Below, piece after piece: positions 47,667 through 57,809 of a DNA stretch of 64,000 nt (position 1 is the first letter of the stretch; each line of letters opens with the position of its first letter). The notes beneath the pieces were generated by a model. It was not told the DNA's origin. It did no database searches and saw only the letters and a list, made by a program, of their open reading frames with translations. A program made the translations under genes and the position numbers. The DNA is from an uncultured Pseudomonadota bacterium (GTDB lineage Bacteria > Oederibacteriota > Muellerivitia > Muellerivitales > Muellerivitaceae): NCBI GenBank assembly GCA_963770835.1, contig CAVYRH010000019.1, forward strand, positions 320,001 through 384,000. The letters are read 5' to 3'.

Positions 47667-49157
47667 TTAGAACGCGAAGGTCAGGTTAAACCCACCCTCC
47701 AACCCGCTGAAATCCAGGGTCAAAGGCGTCGTGGAAGCGCCGTTTGGAATATTCGTATAAGGCGTGCCGCCAATCATGACATTTTCCCCCGGTATTCCAA
47801 CAGCTCCATTCTTCGTATTGATCTGCAAGGTGCTCCCGCCACTTTGGAAGTTTGTTGCGCTTAAATAACGGTAACCAATATAAGGCCCAAATGCGATACC
47901 TTTGCCCAGGGAGAAATCGGCGCCCAAAATAGCCTGTCCGTTAAAAGCCACGGTGCTGTAACTTCCAGTACTGGGATCGGTTCCCAACACATTAGTTCCT
48001 GCGGAATCATAGTAAATTTTCGAAAAAGAGATGCTGATGGGGGAAAGCCCACCGGCCAATCCAAGGTAACCTTTGGACTTGTCATCCCCAAAGAGAAGCT
48101 TGATCCCCAAGTCAGCCGTGATGATGGAGGTATTAAAAGTGTATTTCCAGACATCCGCACTCGCGAATTGGCCCGAACCATCAGGAACAGCATCGGTTTG
48201 GTTCAAGTCATAAGTCGTATAAGACAAATTCCCTACTGGGAAATAACCGATGGCCAGATTGATCTCGAAATTCTGTCCAAATTGCACGAAAGGCTCCAAC
48301 TCCGGAAAAGCAATTATATTGGGAGTCACTCCGTTCAAGGAAACGGCGCCGTTGCTATTTACATACTGTTTAATCTGGCTGGGGTCGGCGAAAATATACT
48401 CCATTCCGCCCATGACATGGAACCCGAAGGAAACGTCGTTTCCTTTTCCCTTTCCGCCAGTGCTGGCAAGGGCCATTCCGGTATATTTCGCGGCCTGATC
48501 GTCCACCCATTGTTGGTCGTCCGGGGATAGGGACGCCTTGAGACGGTCCGCGTAAGCTTTGATGGAGGCGTTTCCGGATTTTGACGCCGCGATTTCAAAA
48601 TAAAGGGCTCCATCCTTGTTGTCGCCGGCGGCGGCATAAGTGTAGCCTCCATAATAATAGCCTTTGTAACCACTGGGATCCTGCTGGATGGCCGCTTGGA
48701 AATACTTAAGTGCTTCCGCGTATTGTTTCCGTTGTAAGTAGGCGTTGCCATAAGCCAGGTAGGAAGAGGCCGGTGAGGTGGAAGCGGCCCCCACTCCAGG
48801 GGCTGCGCCGCCCCCGTTCACCTGGGCCTGGAGGTTTTGGACAAATTGGGCCAGCTGGGTGTTACCGGGTTGTAAAGCCGAAGACCTCTGGTAAAAAGAC
48901 AAGGCATCTTCTTTCCGTCCCAAAGCGTAATAACAATTCCCCAAGCCCTGGTAGGCGGCGGCGTTATTCGGGTTCACTTTAACGGCGGCGTTATAATACT
49001 GGGCGGCTTGGGCGTAATTGCGGGCGGCGTAATACTGGTTGCCCGCGGCGTAATACTGGTTGTCCGTGGTGCCTTGGGATTTCGCGGGAGCGGGGGCCAA
49101 AAAACTTAAGGCAGCCGCTAAAGTCAACAGCAATCCAACGGTTTTCATCCCTCGCAT
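47667..49157 (-). CDS. TPR-repeat protein with a C-terminal outer-membrane beta-barrel
   Basis: Signal peptide, two TPR clusters (AYQGLGNCYYALG..), beta-strand C-terminus ending GFNLTFAF. Confidence 0.75.
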   Translation of the reverse strand: MRGMKTVGLLLTLAAALSFLAPAPAKSQGTTDNQYYAAGNQYYAARNYAQAAQYYNAAVKVNPNNAAAYQGLGNCYYALGRKEDALSFYQRSSALQPGNTQLAQFVQNLQAQVNGGGAAPGVGAASTSPASSYLAYGNAYLQRKQYAEALKYFQAAIQQDPSGYKGYYYGGYTYAAAGDNKDGALYFEIAASKSGNASIKAYADRLKASLSPDDQQWVDDQAAKYTGMALASTGGKGKGNDVSFGFHVMGGMEYIFADPSQIKQYVNSNGAVSLNGVTPNIIAFPELEPFVQFGQNFEINLAIGYFPVGNLSYTTYDLNQTDAVPDGSGQFASADVWKYTFNTSIITADLGIKLLFGDDKSKGYLGLAGGLSPISISFSKIYYDSAGTNVLGTDPSTGSYSTVAFNGQAILGADFSLGKGIAFGPYIGYRYLSATNFQSGGSTLQINTKNGAVGIPGENVMIGGTPYTNIPNGASTTPLTLDFSGLEGGFNLTFAF

Positions 49158-49334
49158 CGCCGCCTCCAAAAAATCTTAGGTTGATTCTGATTTTGAAACG
49201 TTTTAAAGCCGGTAAGCATCAGACATTATAAAGTTTTAAAAAAACCCGTCTAGAAAAATGATTCGGTTAAAACCCGGGTTCTTCGGAAGGTTTTTCCCGA
49301 ATTCAAGCGTTCAAACAGATCGCCGTGGCGGGAC

Positions 49335-50540
49335 TCAAGAAGACGCTGGGATCGAGACAACGGCCTCCACCTCCCGGGCCCCTTCCTGGGGTTCGTTAAC
49401 GTAAACTTGCGATGAAATATTGACTTGTTTTTTGTATTCTCCCCTCACGCGGTCCACGAAAGCCCCTGTTTCCGCCGCTTTCACCAGGCAAACCACCGAA
49501 CCGCCCCAGCCGATGCCCATCATGCGGGAACCCATGCAACCCGGCTGGCCCCGGACCACGCGGGTCAGGATATCCACCTCTTGGCAGGTGGCCTTCAATT
49601 TGTCGGCCAACGAGTCGTGGGATTCGCTTAAAAGCCGCCCGAAGCCCTCGTAGTCTCCTTTCACGAGCAGGTCCTTGGCCTTTTTCACGCGCTGGTTCTC
49701 GTACACGACATGGTCCAGCCGCTTACGGAGGATGATGTCGATGTTCTTACGGGCCGTCTCATAGGCTTCGCCGCCCACATCCCGGAGCGAAATAACCTTG
49801 GGGACATATTTCCGGATTTCCGTTAAAAGCTGGGCGAAAAGATCCAACCGTTTTTTGAATTCCTCCTCCCGCTCCTTTTTGCGGACGCCGCTGTCCACCG
49901 TCACCAGTTTGTAATTTTGGGAATCGAAAGGCATGTAGTCGGGCTTGAAGGTACGGGCATCGAAGATGACCAGCTGGTCCTTTTTGGCGAACTTGGCGGC
50001 ATAGGGGGAAAAATGGTCGCCCCGCAGGGACATGAATTGACTTTCCACGCGCTGGCAGAGTTTGACCAGCGTCGCGTCGTCCAGTGGATGGGTGCCCAGG
50101 ATATTGCAGGCCGCCGCCGTGGCCGCCGTAATGGCCGCCGAAGTTCCCAACCCCACCCCCTCGGGCATATCGCCGGCCACCACCATCTGGACACCCTCCA
50201 ACTTGCGGCCCGTGCGTTCGTAAAAATAAAGGACGCCCTTGGGATAGTTGGCCCATCCATCGGCTCGGTCGAACTTCAAGGTGGTCAGGGAAACTTTTAT
50301 TTTCTCGTCATAAGTCAGGGAATGGATGAAGGCCATCTTGTCGCTCCGCCTTTGGGCCGCCACCACCACCGAGTGGTTTCCACCCGCCAAAAGGCTGAAG
50401 CCATCCACCGCTTCGGTATATTCGCCCCCCAAAAGGGTCAGGCGGCTAGGCGCCACTACGAAGGTGATTTTCCGCCCTGAATCCCCAAACTGGTGGATAT
50501 AAGTCGCGTGGGCTTTTTTGATGAGATCCTCAAGTGGCAT
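49335..50540 (-). CDS. Galactokinase-like GHMP kinase (divergent)
   Basis: WANYPKGV, PEGVGLGTSAA GHMP motif, ENQRV, FGRLLSESHDSL, GSRMMGIGWGG; GGAGG RBS. Confidence 0.85.
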   Translation of the reverse strand: MPLEDLIKKAHATYIHQFGDSGRKITFVVAPSRLTLLGGEYTEAVDGFSLLAGGNHSVVVAAQRRSDKMAFIHSLTYDEKIKVSLTTLKFDRADGWANYPKGVLYFYERTGRKLEGVQMVVAGDMPEGVGLGTSAAITAATAAACNILGTHPLDDATLVKLCQRVESQFMSLRGDHFSPYAAKFAKKDQLVIFDARTFKPDYMPFDSQNYKLVTVDSGVRKKEREEEFKKRLDLFAQLLTEIRKYVPKVISLRDVGGEAYETARKNIDIILRKRLDHVVYENQRVKKAKDLLVKGDYEGFGRLLSESHDSLADKLKATCQEVDILTRVVRGQPGCMGSRMMGIGWGGSVVCLVKAAETGAFVDRVRGEYKKQVNISSQVYVNEPQEGAREVEAVVSIPASS

Positions 50541-50554
50541 AAATCCTCCGGGTG

Positions 50555-51376
50555 TTATTTCTGGTCCAACAAAAAGAGGTGGTAAAGGTAATAAAACAAG
50601 ATGGGGGCGTTGAAGAGCAAGCTGTCGATCCGGTCGAACACCCCGCCGTGGCCCGGGAGCAGGGACCCTGAATCCTTGGCGGAAAGGCTGCGTTTGATGA
50701 TGGATTCTACCAGATCGCCCAGTTGGCCGAACAAGGAAAGAAGGGCCGAAAGCGCCAGGACGTCCACCGGGGAAAATTCCTGGGCGAAAAACGGAACCGT
50801 CTTCCACAGCAGGAAAAGACTTGCAACAACCAGCGTAAACCCGCCGATACAGCCTTCCACGGATTTTTTGGGGGAAGCGAGCGGCGCGAAGTGGTGCCGG
50901 CCCCACCAGCGGCCCGCGAAGTAACCGCCCGTGTCATAAGCCCAGGTGGCGGTATAAAGCCAAATCAAAGGCCAGTAACCCTGGGGCAAGTCCCGGAGGC
51001 GGAAGAAGTAGCTTCCCAAGACCCCGAAATAGGCCACCCCAAAAAAAGTGGCGCTGACGGAAATCACCATTTCCTTCAAGGGGCGCTGGGACCAGAGAAA
51101 AGAGAGGGTTAAAAGGAAGAGTCCAATCAGGAAAGCATCCTGTCCGGCCCAAAGCAGGGGTTGGACGATCCAGGGCAAAAGCAGGAGGGCGAGGGCCACG
51201 AAGCCTTCCACCCTCAGGACATTCAACTTGTGGGCATCCGCCAGGTTGAAATACTCCCACAAGGCCAATCCCAGTCCGGCAGCAACGGTCAGCTTGAAAG
51301 GCAGGGTCCAACTCCAAAAGGTAATAGCCAGGAGCAATACCATGGCCGGGACGGCGAACAGGACCCTTTTAGTCAT
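50555..51376 (-). CDS. cdsA: Phosphatidate cytidylyltransferase
   Basis: WAYDTGGYF, SPKKSVEG, GDLVESIIKR, KDSGSLLPGHGGVFDRIDS. Confidence 0.95.
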   Translation of the reverse strand: MTKRVLFAVPAMVLLLAITFWSWTLPFKLTVAAGLGLALWEYFNLADAHKLNVLRVEGFVALALLLLPWIVQPLLWAGQDAFLIGLFLLTLSFLWSQRPLKEMVISVSATFFGVAYFGVLGSYFFRLRDLPQGYWPLIWLYTATWAYDTGGYFAGRWWGRHHFAPLASPKKSVEGCIGGFTLVVASLFLLWKTVPFFAQEFSPVDVLALSALLSLFGQLGDLVESIIKRSLSAKDSGSLLPGHGGVFDRIDSLLFNAPILFYYLYHLFLLDQK

Positions 51377-52155
51377 TGAACCCATGAGGCCACGCTCCCC
51401 ACGATGCTTTCCACGCCCCCGAACCGCCTTTGGCGGGTCTGGAAGTCCCTCAACGCAGCGATAAAGTGCGGAGTCCGGAAATCCGGCCAAAGGGTCGGGG
51501 TGATGTGAATCTCGGAATAAGCCAGTTCCCAGAGGAGGAAATTGGAAATCCGCATCTCCCCGCTAGTGCGAATGAGGAAATCCACTTCGGGGAAGTTCGC
51601 AGTGGAGAGGAATTGGGTCATGGTTTTTTCCGTGATGGCCGAAGGTTTCAATCGGCCGCCTTTCACTTTTTTCGCGATCTCTCTTGCGGCGCGGGTGATG
51701 TCGGCGCGGCCGCTATAGGACAAGGCCAGGACTAGTTTCAATCCCGTGCAATGGGCCGTCGCTTGGATAGATTTTTTAAGTTCCTCTTGGATCTCACCCG
51801 GTAAATCCACCGTGTTGCCGATGGTCCTCAGTTGGACATTGTTCTCCAAAAGCTCCGCCACTTCGTTTCGAAGGTATTGCTTGAGGAGCTGCATCAGGAG
51901 GGTCACTTCCCGGGGCGGCCGTTTCCAATTTTCGGTGGAAAAGGCATAGAGAGTCAGGGCCTCGATTCCTAATTCCCCGGAAAGCCTCACGATTTCCCGG
52001 ATCGAATGGGCCCCGGCCCGGTGCCCGGCGATACGCGGTAAATGGCGTTTTTTCGCCCAGCGACCGTTGCCGTCCATGATGATGGCGACGTGGCGGGGCA
52101 GGTGGGGTTTCAGCCGGTGACGCTTAAGGAGAGCGGCTTGTTTCGGTGTATCCAA
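51373..52155 (-). CDS. uppS: Undecaprenyl diphosphate synthase
   Basis: HVAIIMDGNGRWA, YAFSTENWKRP, LIRTSGEMRISNFLLW. Confidence 0.97.
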   Translation of the reverse strand: MDTPKQAALLKRHRLKPHLPRHVAIIMDGNGRWAKKRHLPRIAGHRAGAHSIREIVRLSGELGIEALTLYAFSTENWKRPPREVTLLMQLLKQYLRNEVAELLENNVQLRTIGNTVDLPGEIQEELKKSIQATAHCTGLKLVLALSYSGRADITRAAREIAKKVKGGRLKPSAITEKTMTQFLSTANFPEVDFLIRTSGEMRISNFLLWELAYSEIHITPTLWPDFRTPHFIAALRDFQTRQRRFGGVESIVGSVASWVQ

Positions 52156-52163
52156 CTCTTTGG

Positions 52164-52721
52164 TCAGATCTCCATGATTTCTTTTTCTTTGTGCTCGCTG
52201 AGTTTGCCGATTTCCTGGGTGTAGAGGTCTGTCATCTTCTGGATGTGGTCGTGGTGTTTCTTGAACTCGTCCTCGGCGATTTCCTTTTTCATGTGGTCCA
52301 GGGCCTTGTTGGCGTCCTGGCGGATGCCGCGGATGGCTACTCGGCCGCCCTCGGCGTATTTGTGGACCATCTTCACAAATTCCTTCCGCCGTTCTTCGGT
52401 CAAGGGGGGCATGGAAAGGCGGATCACCTTGCCGTCGTTGTTGGGGGCTATCCCCAAGTCGCTCTTCTGGAGGGCTTTCTCAATTTCCCCCAGCGCCTGG
52501 GGGTCCCAGGGCTTCATTTCAAGGGTGCGGGAGTCGGGGACGGAGATATTGGCGACCTGGTTGATGGGGACCGGCGAGCCGTAATATTCCACCTTGATGT
52601 GTTCCACTAGGGCCGCCGAGGCGCGGCCGGTCCGCACCGAGGCGAATTCTCGTTTGGTGGCTTCCACGGCTTTTTTCATCTTGGATTCGGCGTCGTTCAG
52701 GATGGAGTTCGCGTCGGCCAT
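52164..52721 (-). CDS. frr: Ribosome recycling factor
   Basis: VRTGRAS, YYGSP, PPLTEERRKE. Confidence 0.97.
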   Translation of the reverse strand: MADANSILNDAESKMKKAVEATKREFASVRTGRASAALVEHIKVEYYGSPVPINQVANISVPDSRTLEMKPWDPQALGEIEKALQKSDLGIAPNNDGKVIRLSMPPLTEERRKEFVKMVHKYAEGGRVAIRGIRQDANKALDHMKKEIAEDEFKKHHDHIQKMTDLYTQEIGKLSEHKEKEIMEI

Positions 52722-52828
52722 TTTTTCCTCGTATGCACTTGAAGGTGAATAACGCTTTCTTCGAAAGCGGTGAAATATTCCTTTTAAAAGCGGTTCGCCG
52801 ATGGTGTCCGGCTAACAGCCGAATGCCA

Positions 52829-53572
52829 TCAATTCTTTACAAGCGTCCCGATCGGTTCGCCCCACACGGCCCGGCGGATGTTTCCCGGCTGGTGCAGGCT
52901 GAAGACCACGATCGGCAGTTTGTTTTCCATGCAAAGGGTCAGGGCGGTGGTGTCCATCACCTTCAGGCGGCGGTTGATGGCGTCGATATAGGTGAGGTTC
53001 TTGAACTTCTTGGCCTTGGGGTCCTTTTTGGGGTCGGCGCTGTAGATGCCGTCCACGTTGGTGGCCTTCAAAATGGCGTCCGCGCCGATCTCGATGGCCC
53101 TCAAGGCCGCGGCCGTGTCGGTGGTGAAGTAAGGATTGCCCGTGCCGCCCGCGAAAATCACGATGCGGCCCTTTTCTATGTGCCGCAAGGCCCTTCGCCG
53201 GATGTAGGGTTCGGCCACCTTGGACATCTCAATGGCACTTTGGACCCGCGTGTGGGCCCCCTGCTTTTCCAGGGCGTTCTGCAGGGCCAGGGCGTTGATG
53301 AGGGTGGCCAGCATGCCCATATAGTCGGAGGAAACCCGGTCCATCCCCATGCGCTCGCCGTCCGCGCCGCGGTAGATGTTGCCGCCCCCGATGACGAGGG
53401 CGATCTCGACCCCGGATTTTTGAACCTCGAAAACGGCCTTCGCGATGGCCTGGACGACTTTTTCATCGATGCGGTGTTCGTTGTCTCCGGCCAGGGCTTC
53501 GCCGGAAAGCTTCAATAAAACACGCCGGTAGAGGGGGCTGGACTTTGAACCTTTGGAGGAAGCTGGAGCCAT
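52829..53572 (-). CDS. pyrH: Uridylate kinase
   Basis: [35 protein letters not shown]. Confidence 0.97.
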   Translation of the reverse strand: MAPASSKGSKSSPLYRRVLLKLSGEALAGDNEHRIDEKVVQAIAKAVFEVQKSGVEIALVIGGGNIYRGADGERMGMDRVSSDYMGMLATLINALALQNALEKQGAHTRVQSAIEMSKVAEPYIRRRALRHIEKGRIVIFAGGTGNPYFTTDTAAALRAIEIGADAILKATNVDGIYSADPKKDPKAKKFKNLTYIDAINRRLKVMDTTALTLCMENKLPIVVFSLHQPGNIRRAVWGEPIGTLVKN

Positions 53573-53626
53573 TCGCTCATTCCCTTAACGTTTTCACCGC
53601 CGAGACCTAGAGAACAGCAAAAATGA

Positions 53627-54217
53627 TTATTCGCCGAGCTGCAACCTGGCGAAGCGGCGGACCACCACGTTCTCACCCAGCTTGGCGGCCACCTCGGTGA
53701 CATAGTCCTTCACGTTTTTCTTGGGTTCGCGGATATAGGGCTGATCCAACAGGCATACCTGCTTATAGTAGCTCTCGATCTTCCCCTCGGCGATCTTTTG
53801 CTGGACCGCTTCCAGCTTTCCCGATTGCTTGGCTTCGTTCAGGTAGATGGACTTTTCCTGTTCCAGCTCGGCGGCCGGAACTTCCTCGCGGCTGACGTAT
53901 TTGGGCGAGGAAGCGGCTACTTGCATCGCCAGTTCCTTGGCCAAATTTTGGAAATCATCGGTCTTGGCCACGAAATCCGTCTCGCAATTGACTTCCACCA
54001 GCACGCCAACCTTGCCGCCGTGGATATAGCTGCCGATAACGCCTTGGTTGGCGCTGCGGCCAGAGCGCTTGGCCACTTGGGACATTCCTTTTTCCCTGAG
54101 CCAAACGACGGCCTTTTCGAAGTCCCCTTTGGTTTCCGAGAGGGCCTTTTTGCAATCCATCATTCCCGCGCCTGTTTTTTCACGCAGGTCTTTTACCGCG
54201 TTTGCCGTGATTTCCAT
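53627..54217 (-). CDS. tsf: Elongation factor Ts (short form)
   Basis: [37 protein letters not shown]. Confidence 0.97.
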   Translation of the reverse strand: MEITANAVKDLREKTGAGMMDCKKALSETKGDFEKAVVWLREKGMSQVAKRSGRSANQGVIGSYIHGGKVGVLVEVNCETDFVAKTDDFQNLAKELAMQVAASSPKYVSREEVPAAELEQEKSIYLNEAKQSGKLEAVQQKIAEGKIESYYKQVCLLDQPYIREPKKNVKDYVTEVAAKLGENVVVRRFARLQLGE

Positions 54218-54269
54218 TTTGAAAACTCCTCTGTTTTCATCCTTGAAAGCCGTGCCGGTTAGGGCACGC

Positions 54270-55250
54270 TTACTTTTGGGGCTTGTCCTCGCGAACCCGC
54301 TTGGTGCGGATACGCTCGACTTTTTCATTGGCCAGCTCATCGGCGATGACCGCCACGGTTTTGGCGTCGCCGGCTAGGGTCTCCACGCTGCCCACCAGGA
54401 GCTCGGCCTCTTCCTTTTTATCCTCGGGGGTTTCGGCTTCCGCGGCGGCTTCCGCCGTGGTTTCTCCTTCGGAAGGGGTGGCGGTTTCTTGTTCAGCCGC
54501 CGCCAGCATTTCTTCGCCCACTTCGGTGGGCCCCACTGCGGCATCGGGTGACACTTCCTTGCCTTCCAGTTCCTTGGAACGCCCTTCCAGGACAGCCGAG
54601 GCCATGACCGAGGTCATGAGCTTGACCGCGCGAATGGCATCGTCGTTTCCGGGGACAACGACGTCCACTTCACTCGGGTCGCAATTGGTGTCCACCACCG
54701 CCACCACGGGAATGCCCAGTTTGCGGGCTTCCTGGACGGCGATATGTTCCTTCTTGGTGTCGATGACGAAAATGGCGCCCGGCAGTTTCGGGAGATTCTT
54801 GATGCCGCCAAGGGATCGTTCCAGCTTTAGCTTGTCCTTGTTCAACCCGGCTTGTTCCTTCTTGGAACGGGCGGCCATTTCCTGTTCGGAAATGCTTTCC
54901 AGTTCCTTCAGGTAGCTGATGGACTTTTTAATAGTGGTGAAATTGGTGAGCATACCGCCCAGCCACCGGTAGTTGACGTAGGGCATGCCGCAGCGGTCGG
55001 CCTCTTCCTTGATGGCGTCCTGGGCCTGCTTCTTGGTGCCGACAAAAACGATGGTTTCGCCCGAAGCGGCCAAGTCCTTGACGAACTGGTAGGCTTCCTT
55101 GAGTTTTTTGACGGTTTTTTGGAGGTCGATAATGTGAATCCCGTTGCGCTCACCGAATATATAGATGGCCATCTTGGGATTCCAACGGCGGGTCTGGTGG
55201 CCGAAATGCACACCAGCTTCCAACAACTGCTTCATCGAAACGGACATCAT
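54270..55250 (-). CDS. rpsB: 30S ribosomal protein S2 with an acidic C-terminal extension
   Basis: [43 protein letters not shown]. Confidence 0.98.
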   Translation of the reverse strand: MMSVSMKQLLEAGVHFGHQTRRWNPKMAIYIFGERNGIHIIDLQKTVKKLKEAYQFVKDLAASGETIVFVGTKKQAQDAIKEEADRCGMPYVNYRWLGGMLTNFTTIKKSISYLKELESISEQEMAARSKKEQAGLNKDKLKLERSLGGIKNLPKLPGAIFVIDTKKEHIAVQEARKLGIPVVAVVDTNCDPSEVDVVVPGNDDAIRAVKLMTSVMASAVLEGRSKELEGKEVSPDAAVGPTEVGEEMLAAAEQETATPSEGETTAEAAAEAETPEDKKEEAELLVGSVETLAGDAKTVAVIADELANEKVERIRTKRVREDKPQK

Positions 55251-55257
55251 GGTACAG

Positions 55258-55405
55258 CTCCTTTAAGTTTTTCCACCGCTTTTTCTTTCCGCGCTCGGCG
55301 GGTTCCTTTCCAACCCAGGGGGCCACTGAAAGGAACATCGAAAAAGCGTGAGAGATAGGCCGACGGCGGACCGTCGTGCCTGCTTGGTAGGCAACCCCCG
55401 CCAAA
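55258..55405 (-). promoter_or_regulatory. Structured rpsB 5' leader (probable S2 autoregulatory RNA)
   Basis: ~150-nt leader with pairing segments (CGCTTTT/AAAAGCG, TTCCTTTC/GAAAGGAA); candidate -10 TATAAC at 55419-55414. Confidence 0.5.
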
Positions 55406-55506
55406 GCCCGACGGTTATAGCATGAATAAGCCCGGAATCACAAGGCCTTATTGCCGGACCGTTTTTCCCGGGGTTCGGAACTAGCCTACCTAAAACCTTT
55501 TTTTAA

Positions 55507-57723
55507 TCAGCGTTTCGGCTGGCTTCCCATCTTGAACACGATGGTCTTGCCGTAAATCAGCGTGTCATGGTTGATGAAATCTTTCTTATAATCCACGCCG
55601 TCCACCTGGATGGACTGGATATAAAGGTTTTTATCGGAATTATTGATGGTCTTCAAGGTCAACAGCCCGGCGGGGTAAATCATCTTGTTCAAATGGGCGT
55701 CCACCTGTTGGAACAGGGGGCTCCCAATTTGATAAGTGTTGCTGCCGGGGCAAACGGGATAAAAGCCGATCGCGGAAAAGACGTACCAAGCCGACATGAC
55801 GCCGCAATCGTCGTTGCCGGGAATCCCATCGGGGGTGTTCTTGTAATACTTATCCATGATCTCCCGCACTTCCTGCTGGGACCGCCAGGCTTCCTTCGGC
55901 ACATAATCGAAAAGATAGGGCCATGCGATATCCGGTTCGTTGGTGGCGTCATAGTGCCCCCCCTCGAAACATTCCTTCAGGCGGTCCACGAACATCTGGT
56001 CGCCGCCCAAAAGCATCTTCAGCCCGTCCATGTCGTGGGGAACGAAGAACAGATATTGCCAGGCGCTACCTTCCACGTAACCGGGTCCACCGTTGTCCGG
56101 CCAGCTTTGGTCGCAGCAGGTGGCCAAGGGGTTGAAAGGTGTCATAAAAGAGCCGTCGCGGTTCTTTGCCCTTAGAAAGCCAGTGGAGGGGTCGTAAAAA
56201 TTCCGGTAAACACCCGAAAGATGGATGTATTTCTCGTAGTCATCCTTTTTCTTTAAGTCTTTGGCCATTTGGGCCAGGCACCAGAAGTCATAGGAATATT
56301 CCAGGCTGGTGGAAACTGATCCCCAAAGGTAATCCCCGCTGTCGTCGTCCTTGGGAATATAGCCGTATTGTAAGAGGGACTTAAGACCCCCGTAGGTCTT
56401 GTTATCCTTGGGATTCAGGCTCTTGACCATGGCCTCGTAAGCGGAGTCAACGTCAAAATCCTTCAGGCCCTGGCGGTAGGTGTCCAGAATCACCGGAACC
56501 GCGGGGCATCCCACCATAACGCTTGTTTCATTTCCTCCCAGTTCCCACTTGGGCAGCCAGCCGCTTTCCTTGGCCATCTCCACGAGGGTCTTGGTCATGT
56601 CCAAATCCCGTTCCGGGTAAAAGAGCCCCAAGAGGGGATGCAGGTTTCGATAGGTGTCCCATAAGGAGTACACGTGGTATCGGGTGTAGTCCTTGGCGGT
56701 CTCCACTCCCTTGTGGCCCATTTCCTGGTACTCATTGTTCACGTCGGAAAAAACGCTGGGGTGGATCAGGGCGTGGTAAAGGGCGGTATAAAAAATGGTT
56801 TTTTGGTCGCCGGTTCCGCCGGTCACCTGGAGGCGGGACAGGGCGTCGTCCCAGGCCTTGCTGGCGGAGGCCCGGAGGGTCTCAAAATCCCATCCCGTTA
56901 TTTCTGTTTTTAAATTCAGCCTGGCGTTTTCGATGCTGACATAAGAAATTCCCACCCTGGCCATAATGGGCTCCTGCCCTGCCGTGGAAAAACGGAAAAA
57001 GGCCCCGATGCCCTTACCCTTTTGTTCCCGGTCATCCGACGCGGAGTCTCCTCTCCACGTTCCGGTGCGGACCGCGTGTTTGCTGAACTGGATCACGAAA
57101 TAGGTTGTTTGCTTGTTACCGGCATAAGGGCTGCAAAAGTCGCCGCTCTCGGCGTAACCCTCCGCTTCGTTTTTGGAGACGATCTTTACGTAAGACTCGA
57201 AAGAGGGGGATTTCAAAGTGACGGGGTCAGTGGTCAAGCGGCGCCCTAAATCGAGGAGGATGTTGGCATCCCCTTTCCGCGCCGGGAAGAAATACTGACT
57301 TAAACCGGCGTGGGTGGTGGCCGTCATCTCGGCCTGGATGTCGTAGGTTTTCAGGTGGACGGAATAATAACCCGGAGTGGCCTTTTCCAGGTCATATCCC
57401 GATTCCCATTTTTCCGGGTCGGATTCGACATTCCCGGTTGTAGGCATCAAAACAACGCTTCCCAGGTCGGGGCATCCCGTGCCGCTCAAGTGAACATGCC
57501 CGAAACCGTAAATCGCGGGACTGCTATAGGTATAACCCGAGGGGGACCTGAAGTCGTTATGGGGTGAAACCGACACCATGCCCCAAGGCACCAGCGCGCC
57601 CGGAAAGGTGTTGCCTCCATGAGCCGTTCCAATGAAGGGGTTCACCCAATCCACCGGGCCGGCCCAGGAGATGCCCACCAGCCAGAAGAGGGCGAAAGAA
57701 ATTCCAGATTTACGGTTAAACAA
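55507..57723 (-). CDS. GH92 alpha-mannosidase-family glycoside hydrolase
   Basis: VNPFIGT, GNTFPGA, HLSGTGC, FYTALYH, SLWDTYR, TSLEYSYD, EGSAWQY, NEPD, PGNDDCG. Confidence 0.95.
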   Translation of the reverse strand: MFNRKSGISFALFWLVGISWAGPVDWVNPFIGTAHGGNTFPGALVPWGMVSVSPHNDFRSPSGYTYSSPAIYGFGHVHLSGTGCPDLGSVVLMPTTGNVESDPEKWESGYDLEKATPGYYSVHLKTYDIQAEMTATTHAGLSQYFFPARKGDANILLDLGRRLTTDPVTLKSPSFESYVKIVSKNEAEGYAESGDFCSPYAGNKQTTYFVIQFSKHAVRTGTWRGDSASDDREQKGKGIGAFFRFSTAGQEPIMARVGISYVSIENARLNLKTEITGWDFETLRASASKAWDDALSRLQVTGGTGDQKTIFYTALYHALIHPSVFSDVNNEYQEMGHKGVETAKDYTRYHVYSLWDTYRNLHPLLGLFYPERDLDMTKTLVEMAKESGWLPKWELGGNETSVMVGCPAVPVILDTYRQGLKDFDVDSAYEAMVKSLNPKDNKTYGGLKSLLQYGYIPKDDDSGDYLWGSVSTSLEYSYDFWCLAQMAKDLKKKDDYEKYIHLSGVYRNFYDPSTGFLRAKNRDGSFMTPFNPLATCCDQSWPDNGGPGYVEGSAWQYLFFVPHDMDGLKMLLGGDQMFVDRLKECFEGGHYDATNEPDIAWPYLFDYVPKEAWRSQQEVREIMDKYYKNTPDGIPGNDDCGVMSAWYVFSAIGFYPVCPGSNTYQIGSPLFQQVDAHLNKMIYPAGLLTLKTINNSDKNLYIQSIQVDGVDYKKDFINHDTLIYGKTIVFKMGSQPKR

Positions 57724-57809
57724 ACGGTCCTCCGTTTTTGTTTTTAAAAGGGCTCGCTAGGCCCTAAAATGAATTCGCCTTCCGGGATACCACTCAACGG
57801 GAGATTTTC

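Noticed and set aside
50541..50906. N-terminal extension of the GHMP kinase in the 523-aa ORF call
   Set aside because: It overlaps cdsA in another frame; a GGAGG RBS supports ATG 50540.
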